Source: Trueperaceae bacterium (GTDB lineage Bacteria; Deinococcota; Deinococci; Deinococcales; Trueperaceae). From it: a stretch of DNA of 64,000 nucleotides. The DNA is taken from assembly GCA_965215565.1 (NCBI GenBank), contig CBDCDZ010000004.1, positions 928,001 to 992,000 on the forward strand, written 5' to 3'. The notes beneath the pieces were generated by a model. The model was not told where the DNA came from and ran no database searches. It saw only the letters and a program-made list of their open reading frames with translations. A program made the position numbers and the translations under genes. Of the stretch, positions 56,949 to 64,000 are shown piece after piece; position 1 is the first letter of the stretch, and every line of letters begins with the position of its first letter.

Positions 56949-58391
56949 ATGGACGTTCCACCTTGCGCATTTGTGATTTTTGGCATTACCGGCGACCTCG
57001 CCGCCCGCAAACTCATGCCCGCTTTGTACGCCCTGCACCGCACGGGCGCACTTAACAAAGATACCCAGATCGTGGGATTCTCTCGCCGCGACTGGTCCGA
57101 CGACGACTTGCGCGAGGAGATGAAAGGGGCGCTCCAAGAGTACGACGCGGACAACTTCGACGAGGAGAGCTGGGGCGAACTCGCGCCGCGCTTCTCCTTC
57201 GTGTCGGGCTCGTACACCGAAGTCGAGACCTTCAAGAAGCTCAAAGAGCACCTAGACGAGTTGGGGCTCAAAGACCGCATCTTCTACACCTCGACGCCAC
57301 CCGGCACCTACGAAGCGATTGTCGAGAACTTGGGCGCGGCGGGTCTCAACAAAGCTGAAGGCTCCGCGCGGCTGGTGATCGAAAAGCCGTTCGGTCACGA
57401 CTTGGAGAGCGCGAAGAAGCTCAACGACATCGTGCAGGCGAACTTCGAAGAGACGCAAATCTACCGCATCGATCACTATTTAGCGAAAGAGACCGCGCAG
57501 AACATCGCCGCCTTGCGCTTCGCCAACACGATTTTCGAGCCCACCTGGAGTTCGCAGTATGTGGACCACGTGCAGGTCACGATGGCGGAGCCTATCGGCA
57601 TCGGCGGGCGCGGCTCCTTTTACGAAGACGCGGGCGTTATCCGCGACGTGTTTCAAAACCACCTCTTGCAGCTCGTCGCGCTGACCGCTACCGAGCCCCC
57701 CTCGCGCTACGACGCCAAGAGCGTCCGCGACGAGAAGGTCAAGGTCTTCCAGGCGATGTCGTGCGTGAACCCGTCACAGGCGGTTATCGGGCAGTATGCA
57801 GGCAACGGCGAGGCGAAGGCGTACCGGAGCGAAGAGGGCGTGGCGGAGGATTCGCGCCAGGGCACCTACGCCGCCGTCGAACTCCGCATCGAAAACTGGC
57901 GCTGGGCGAACGTCCCCTTCTTCGTGCGCTGCGGCAAGCGCCTCAAGTCCAAGTCGAGCGAGATCGTAGTCGTTTACAAAAGACCGCCGCACGTTCCTTT
58001 TGACTTAGAGAAACCCGTCAAGCAAGACCGGATGATCCTGCGCCTCGTCCCGAATGAGGGCATCACCTTGCGCTTCGACGCCAAACGTCCGGGGCAAGGC
58101 ATCAACCTGACGAAAGCCAGCATGGACTTCTACTACGACCAGGAGTTCAACCGGGGCAACCCCGACGCCTATGAGACGCTCATCCAAGACGCCATGATGG
58201 GCGACCCGACGCTTTTCATGCGCGCAGATGAGGTCGAGGCGCAGTGGCGCATCGTCAAGCCCTTGTTGGAAAACTGGGAAAATTCTACTGAAGACCCCGC
58301 CTTCTACGAGCCGGGCAGTTGGGGACCGGACGAAGCGAACGAGCTGTTAGCGAAAGAAGGCAGGGCGTGGCACGCGCCCGCGACGCAGTAA
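56949..58391 (+). CDS. zwf: Glucose-6-phosphate dehydrogenase
   Basis: IFGITGDLA, IEKPFG, RIDHYL.KE, NWRW..VPF. Confidence 0.96.
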   Translation: MDVPPCAFVIFGITGDLAARKLMPALYALHRTGALNKDTQIVGFSRRDWSDDDLREEMKGALQEYDADNFDEESWGELAPRFSFVSGSYTEVETFKKLKEHLDELGLKDRIFYTSTPPGTYEAIVENLGAAGLNKAEGSARLVIEKPFGHDLESAKKLNDIVQANFEETQIYRIDHYLAKETAQNIAALRFANTIFEPTWSSQYVDHVQVTMAEPIGIGGRGSFYEDAGVIRDVFQNHLLQLVALTATEPPSRYDAKSVRDEKVKVFQAMSCVNPSQAVIGQYAGNGEAKAYRSEEGVAEDSRQGTYAAVELRIENWRWANVPFFVRCGKRLKSKSSEIVVVYKRPPHVPFDLEKPVKQDRMILRLVPNEGITLRFDAKRPGQGINLTKASMDFYYDQEFNRGNPDAYETLIQDAMMGDPTLFMRADEVEAQWRIVKPLLENWENSTEDPAFYEPGSWGPDEANELLAKEGRAWHAPATQ

Positions 58392-58535
58392 GTCTCTGTA
58401 GGGATTGAAAGCAGATTCACGTAGCGAGAAGAGGAGGGAGGATGCATCGTAGTATTCTCCCTCTCACTTCGCGTATTCTCAGCAACTCCACAGTATTAGC
58501 CTCAGCACCAACTTTGACGCAAGAAAGGCTACTCC

Positions 58536-58694
58536 ATGAATGACGAAAGACCCAAACGCGAACGCCCGACCCTGACCGAGCTTAACTTGCTCGTCGAGGA
58601 GCACGAGAAGGAGAGTGACCCCGAGCGCAAGGAAGAGCTTCGGCAGCAGTTAGAGAAGATGGAGAAAGAAGTGGCGGAGGCAAATCAGTCTTAG
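58536..58694 (+). CDS. Small charged coiled-coil protein (52 aa), not in ORF track
   Basis: MNDERPKRERPTLTELNLLVEEHEKESDPERKEELRQQLEKMEKEVAEANQS; AAAGG upstream. Confidence 0.55.
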   Translation: MNDERPKRERPTLTELNLLVEEHEKESDPERKEELRQQLEKMEKEVAEANQS

Positions 58695-58805
58695 CATCTG
58701 CCTGTCTTAGCGTTTACGAAGTAGAGAGGCTCGAGTTCCCTCCCCATCCTTCACGTCTTCAGGTTCGAACCCTTCAGTAGGTAGAGTCACGTGGGAACAC
58801 CGCCC

Positions 58806-60197
58806 TCAGCTATTCGGCACCGGTGACGCGCCCCTTCCAACATCTACCGCCAACCTCTTCCAGCGCCCCGAACGAAAGCGCAGCAAGTAGACGAGCGCGA
58901 GTCCTGCCAGATATACCATCGCCCCCGCCCACGCCCCTCTGACCCCGTAGCCTAGCGGAAACGCCAAAAGGTACGCCAGCGGGATAAACATCCCCCAAGC
59001 GAAAAAGAGGCGCATCAGCATGGTGTAGGTCGTGTCGCCTGCGCCGTTGAGCGAGCCTCCCAAGACGATCGCAGCCGCGTCGAAAATTTGGTAGAGCGCG
59101 ACGAGGCGCAAAATTGCAACGCCTGCCGCGATGACCTGCGGGTCATCGCTAAAGACGCGCATTAAAAAAGTCGGGGCGATGAGGTAGCTAAGCCCGATGA
59201 GGCCCATCAGCCCCATCCCTAAAAAGGTGGCGCGGTAGCCGACGCGCTCGGCTTGCTCCGGTTCCTGTGCGCCCAGATGCTGAGCGACGAGGCTCGAGCT
59301 TGCCTGCGCCACCGCAATCCCCGCCGTAAACGAGAGGCTCATGAACTGTAAGGCGATGTTATTCGCCGCCAACACTTCCGTGCCGAGCCGCCCAATGAGC
59401 GCGAAAAAGGCGGTGAACGACGCGACCTCGACGAAGTCGCCCACGCCCATCGGCAGCCCCGTCGCGAGCACGCGGCGCAGTTGCGGCGAGGATGAGCGGC
59501 GGGCGCGTCTCGTCGCAAAACGCGCGTGCGCCGCTGGACGCCACAAGAGCCACGCGCTCACCAGCGTGACAACCGCGTTCGCTGCGACGGTTGCAACCGC
59601 AGCGCCAGAGACCCCCCAAGCGGGAAAGCCGAGGTTACCTAGGACCAAAAGCCAGTCGAGTGCGATGTTGACCAACACCTGCACCCACGCCAGCAGCATC
59701 GGCGTACGCGAATCGCCGCGTCCGACCAAAAAGCCCCACACCACGCCGTTGAACATCGCTAAAGGAACCTCGAACGCCCGAATCTGCAAGTACTGCGTGC
59801 CGAGCGCCAGCACCGACGCATCGTTGGGAGCCGCGAACTGAAACAAGAAGGTGAAAACCCAAGGCAGCGTCAGGGCTAAAAGCGTGAGGAGCGCGATCAT
59901 ATTGAGCACCTGCCACACCGCCTCGCCGACTTGCGCATCATCCTTCGCGCCGTGCGCCCGTCCGACGAAGACGACGCTGCTCGCCGCCGTCGAGCGAAAG
60001 AGGAGCATGAGCGAGAAAAAGAGCACGCCCGCTAAGCCCACCGCACCCACGGCTTCGGTGCTGACGCGAGAGACGAAGAACGTGTCCGTCACACCTAAGA
60101 GCGTGTAGGAGAGGTTTTGCAAGATCAAAGGCCCCGCGAGCAGCGCAACTTTGTGGGTCAGACCTGTTTGGGTAAAAAAGCGTGAGCGACTGCGCAC
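58806..60197 (-). CDS. MATE family efflux transporter
   Basis: LA.P..L, D..FV, GRGDSRTPM, GV.GAA.AT, ~12 TM. Confidence 0.93.
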   Translation of the reverse strand: MRSRSRFFTQTGLTHKVALLAGPLILQNLSYTLLGVTDTFFVSRVSTEAVGAVGLAGVLFFSLMLLFRSTAASSVVFVGRAHGAKDDAQVGEAVWQVLNMIALLTLLALTLPWVFTFLFQFAAPNDASVLALGTQYLQIRAFEVPLAMFNGVVWGFLVGRGDSRTPMLLAWVQVLVNIALDWLLVLGNLGFPAWGVSGAAVATVAANAVVTLVSAWLLWRPAAHARFATRRARRSSSPQLRRVLATGLPMGVGDFVEVASFTAFFALIGRLGTEVLAANNIALQFMSLSFTAGIAVAQASSSLVAQHLGAQEPEQAERVGYRATFLGMGLMGLIGLSYLIAPTFLMRVFSDDPQVIAAGVAILRLVALYQIFDAAAIVLGGSLNGAGDTTYTMLMRLFFAWGMFIPLAYLLAFPLGYGVRGAWAGAMVYLAGLALVYLLRFRSGRWKRLAVDVGRGASPVPNS

Positions 60198-60335
60198 GGT
60201 AGCCTCCAGGAGAGCCAGTGTACACCCCTCTTATCATGCGAATGTCCGTCAAGCGTCAAACGGTCTCGCGCCGCACCTTCCCCCAGCGCTATACACCTAA
60301 GTTTGGCGTTCCAAAAGCTCGAGTCTTACATCTAT

Positions 60336-60446
60336 TAGCAGTTCCAAGACATACTGAGACGGATGAGCGCAGATATCATCTCCGAATGTACGTGCTAAAC
60401 ACCGCTTTGCATAGTGAGAGTGTCTCAAACCAGATGATACCTGCTA
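60336..60446 (+). repeat. Dispersed repeat family 1, 111-bp core copy
   Basis: TAGCAGTTCCAAGACATACTGAGACGG...CCAGATGATACCTGCTA. Confidence 0.9.
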
Positions 60447-60592
60447 TAGGACACGTGTCACAGGGCATGAGTCTCATGCAGTTTCAAAGCGGTTTGCTGG
60501 CGCACTCAACCAAGCAGCTAGCGGTGCCGCATACTGACCTGCTGTTAGATAGCGCTTCGCCGCGCCCCAGGGCGCTGTTGTAGGCTACGCTT

Positions 60593-61573
60593 ATGAACAT
60601 TCTCGTTACGGGCGGCGCAGGGTTTATCGGCAGCGTCACCACCGAATCGCTCATCCAAAGAGGTCACACCGTCACGGTGCTCGACAACTTGGTCACGGGA
60701 CACCGCGCCGCCGTTCACCCCGATGCGGCATTTGTACAAGCGGACATCGCCGACGCGCAAGAGGTCGCGCAGGCGGTCCAAGCGCACGACATCGAGGCGG
60801 TTTTGCACTTTGCGGCGTACTCGCTCGTCGGTGAGTCGATGGCGCAGCCCGCCAAGTATTTTCAGAACAACAGCGCGGGGACCCTCAAGTTGCTCGAGAC
60901 CCTCCTGGCGCAAGGCGTCAAAAAGTTTGTCCTCTCCTCTACTGCCGCGCTCTTCGGCACTCCCGAGCAGCTCCCCATCTCCGAGCACGCCGCCATCCAG
61001 CCGGGCAGCGTCTACGGCGAGTCGAAGTACCTCACCGAACGGATGCTGGCGTGGCTCAACGAGACGCAGGGCTTAGGCTTTATGGCGCTACGCTACTTCA
61101 ACGCGGCGGGCGCGTCCGAAACCTACGGCGAGGACCACCGCCCCGAGAGTCACCTCATCCCCATCACCTTGCAGGTGGCGCAGGGCAAGCGCGACTTCAT
61201 TGGGATTTTCGGCGACGACTACGACACGAGAGACGGCACCTGCGTGCGCGACTACGTCCACGTGCGCGACTTGGCGCAGGCGCATATTTTAGCGCTGGAA
61301 AGCCTCGAGGCGGGCGAAGCGCGGCGCTACAACTTGGGCAACGGTCAGGGCTTTTCGGTGCGAGAGGTTGTAGACGTGTGCCGCGAGGTCTCCGGGCGCG
61401 AGATACCCGAAGAGGTGCAGCCGCGTCGCCCCGGCGACCCAGCAGCGTTAGTCGCAGACTCAAGCCTCATCAAACGCGAGCTTGGCTGGCAGCCGGAGCA
61501 CGAATCCTTGAAAGAGATGGTGGCGTCGGCGTGGGCTTGGTTCGAGGCGCATCCTGACGGGTACGGAAACTGA
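60593..61573 (+). CDS. galE: UDP-glucose 4-epimerase
   Basis: VTGGAGFIGS, YGESK, LRYFNAAGA, DGTCVRDYVHV. Confidence 0.95.
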   Translation: MNILVTGGAGFIGSVTTESLIQRGHTVTVLDNLVTGHRAAVHPDAAFVQADIADAQEVAQAVQAHDIEAVLHFAAYSLVGESMAQPAKYFQNNSAGTLKLLETLLAQGVKKFVLSSTAALFGTPEQLPISEHAAIQPGSVYGESKYLTERMLAWLNETQGLGFMALRYFNAAGASETYGEDHRPESHLIPITLQVAQGKRDFIGIFGDDYDTRDGTCVRDYVHVRDLAQAHILALESLEAGEARRYNLGNGQGFSVREVVDVCREVSGREIPEEVQPRRPGDPAALVADSSLIKRELGWQPEHESLKEMVASAWAWFEAHPDGYGN

Positions 61574-61669
61574 ACCGTCGACAGCTACGTCTGCCGCGTA
61601 TCTCGACTGCCGCTGAGACATTTATATCGTGTAAGCTTACGGTAACGGCTCTGTACGGAATGACGCGGA

Positions 61670-61745
61670 TGTCAGAGCAAGGGGTTTTAACCCCTTGTCC
61701 ATCGTAATAGAAGTAGCGTGGGCGGCACCCGACTCGGAACCACTA
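61670..61745 (+). repeat. Dispersed repeat family 3, partial copy 3
   Basis: TGTCAGAGCAAGGGGTTTTAACCCCTTGTCCATC. Confidence 0.65.
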
Positions 61746-61801
61746 CCTCTTCACAACCTCTTCACAGCGCGTTCAAAGTTGCGCCCGAAACTGCCTACTG
61801 T

Positions 61802-61957
61802 TAGCATTTCCACGACATACTGAGGCAAAGTGTCGCAGATTTCAGCTCGCAGAGCTAACGGAACCTCATCCTATAATGTGCGTGCTAAGCACTATCTCTT
61901 ACGGTTAGAGTGTCTCTGACTAGATGATTACGCGAAGCTTTGCGAAGTAACCTGCTA
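61802..61957 (+). repeat. Dispersed repeat family 1, 156-bp copy
   Basis: TAGCATTTCCACGACATACTGAG...AGCTCGCAGAGCT insert...CGAAGTAACCTGCTA. Confidence 0.85.
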
Positions 61958-62147
61958 TGTGAAGAAGATGAACGCTTAGCGGCGCGATAATGAAGCGTGA
62001 GTGAGCACACCGTGATGGGCGTTTTCAGGGAGCTATGTTAAGCTACCAGCGATTCACGCGCCCTGCGCGTAGACGTTTTATCATCTCGGTGCGCGCTTTG
62101 TAGGCGTCGCGCCACAAACGACTGATACAAACGATTGAGGAGCAACC

Positions 62148-62753
62148 ATGAAGGTACTGATTCAGATTTTACTGACGAGCGTTCTGAGCGTCGCTTTTGC
62201 GCAGCAAGTCACCGTTAGCGGGCTCGTCCAGACCGAGGGCGAACTGCCCGAAGCGGCGAGAGTCGGCGTGCACGTCATCAGCTTAGAGGGCGTGTGGGGC
62301 GACGAAATCGCCACCGCAACGCCGGACGGCGGCAGCTTCAGCGTCAGCGTAGGTGAAGCGGTCCCGGCGGGCGCACTCACGCCGTTCGAGGGAGGCGTCG
62401 TCCCGCTGCCCGGTTTACAGAGCGAATATAGCGTCGCGCCAGGAGACGTCAACTTCACCCGCGCCCAGACGAACGTCTACCTCGACGAAAATGGCAACGG
62501 CACCTTTGACCGCGATACCGACGTACCCTACTTAGGCGTCGTCAACTTGGAGGAGCCGAGCGGCTTCTTCGTCGTACTTTACGTCGACAAAGACGCGACA
62601 CTTTCGGCGCAGGGGCAGTCTCTAGCGCTATCCCAGGGCTGGAACCTCTTCACGGTGCGCTTTTCAGAGGAGGGCGAGGCGAGCTATGAGATCGTCCCCG
62701 CGGTAGAGGACGTCGTTCTCGACGTGTTCTCGCCCGAGCCGCCTTCAAACTAA
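62148..62753 (+). CDS. Secreted hypothetical protein
   Basis: RBS GAGGAG; signal peptide ..VAFA; Y.D.NGNG..D calcium-loop-like motif; GWN. Confidence 0.8.
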   Translation: MKVLIQILLTSVLSVAFAQQVTVSGLVQTEGELPEAARVGVHVISLEGVWGDEIATATPDGGSFSVSVGEAVPAGALTPFEGGVVPLPGLQSEYSVAPGDVNFTRAQTNVYLDENGNGTFDRDTDVPYLGVVNLEEPSGFFVVLYVDKDATLSAQGQSLALSQGWNLFTVRFSEEGEASYEIVPAVEDVVLDVFSPEPPSN

Positions 62754-62854
62754 GCGCACTACACGCCATCACTGCACCGTCGCTATAACAAAAGGTGGAC
62801 TTCGCGTCCACCTCTTCGTTTTGCGTTACTGATGTGGCAAAATCCTAGTATAGC

Positions 62855-63283
62855 TCAAGGTGCGGGCCAAAGCTCACGGACGCGCTCGTTGAGCATATCC
62901 CGCGTCTTATCAGCTTGACCCTTGCTCACGAACTTGTTGACCGTACTGAAAACCGCGACTGCGAGCTTCTCCAAATCAACCTCTTTGTTGTGGTACATCT
63001 GCGCGATGCGCTCTAAAAAATCGTCTTTCGTGCGGTCTTTGATAGGCGTTTGGCTCGGCACGTAGCCCTCGTAGTAGAAGCCGCGTACGAGCATCGGCAG
63101 TTGCGCGCCAAACTCAGCAGCGACGTCCGTTGGGATGCGGTCGCGTAGCGCGTGTAAAGTAGCGCGTAAGCCGGAGTAGGCGAGCTGCGAGTCGCCGTGC
63201 CCTAGCTCTTCGGTGACGGTGTTGAGCCATTGATTCGTCTCTTGAACGGTGTTGTCGAAAACATCTAAACCGGTGGTGCTCAT
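62855..63283 (-). CDS. DUF2267 family protein
   Basis: FD.TVQ.TN.WL, LRATLHALRDR, AQLPMLVRG.YYEG. Confidence 0.9.
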   Translation of the reverse strand: MSTTGLDVFDNTVQETNQWLNTVTEELGHGDSQLAYSGLRATLHALRDRIPTDVAAEFGAQLPMLVRGFYYEGYVPSQTPIKDRTKDDFLERIAQMYHNKEVDLEKLAVAVFSTVNKFVSKGQADKTRDMLNERVRELWPAP

Positions 63284-63493
63284 CGTGACCCCCTCGAGTC
63301 TAAAGGTAAGGTTTCGCCCGATATTCGGGCGTCTTTACCCTTTGTAACAGATAGCGCGAGCGGGGCAACGTAAGCGGGCACGCCGTCTTCGGCAGATTAC
63401 AAGGCGCTTAGAAAGCGCACGCGGCGTCCACGGGGGCTTGTAGTCTCTCCGCTTCTTCTGTATACTTTAGAACGCTGCATATGCAGCGCGCGT

Positions 63494-63570
<77 letters not shown>

Positions 63571-63694
63571 TGAGGGTCTTAACAGATAGCTTTGTAAAGA
63601 CTCGAGGTAGAGTAACACAGGACGCTAAACCAGTTAGATGAGTGGCTGGTTGTTCACCGAGTGATAGCGTTCGTTGCCAGATGATACCTGCCTT

Positions 63695-63771
<77 letters not shown>

Positions 63772-63963
63772 TTATTATCCCTAGTTCGTTGACCTTTCTA
63801 GCATTCATTTAAGTCAAATGCGGTGAATAGTTATAGCGTCCATTGATTGATGATTGTGCGAAGCTTACGAAGTAACCAATCTCAAAAACAGGTATTATTC
63901 TTTGTGGATGATACCTTTTCTGCGAAAAACAGGTATTATTTGTTGACTGATGATACCGCCCGT

Positions 63964-64000
63964 GCACCAGTAGCTCAGCTGGATAGAGCAGTCGCCTTCT
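63964..64000 (+). tRNA. tRNA-Arg(TCT), truncated by window end
   Basis: GCACCAG-TAGCTCAGCTGGATAGAGC D-arm, then GTCGC-CT-TCT. Confidence 0.8.

Noticed and set aside
728..61957. Repeats as a CRISPR array
   Set aside because: Copies are dispersed and 111-250 bp long, not regularly spaced 25-45-bp repeats with unique spacers; no cas genes are present.

Overview
Chromosomal window from a moderately GC-rich bacterium. Gene content, leaderless starts, the tRNA Pro-Gly-Arg cluster and the intergenic repeats suggest Deinococcota (Trueperaceae-like); this is an inference. Housekeeping genes: dps, folE, gatB, metK, alr, fadI-fadJ, xpt, dcd, gnd-zwf, galE and three tRNAs. Also present are four c-di-GMP enzymes, transporters and a MazF-type toxin-antitoxin pair. 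Accessory loci of note: (1) an AT-rich 169-aa orphan gene facing a strong promoter that can only make a ~145-nt structured non-coding RNA, a candidate protein-RNA module; (2) an S8 lipoprotein peptidase / Ig-like protein / TPR-CHAT protease locus; (3) a cluster of large modular surface lipoproteins plus two unannotated secreted micro-peptides; (4) a three-gene operon with PmoC-like DxxxH...H motifs and a His-1 exported partner; (5) ten promoters sharing an 11-bp-periodic direct repeat a fixed distance upstream of a -10 box, in three sequence classes; (6) three families of dispersed intergenic repeats, one with a 111-bp core carrying variable hairpin inserts. No CRISPR array, transposase, integrase or rRNA was seen. 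All protein calls come from motif recognition by eye; no searches were run.
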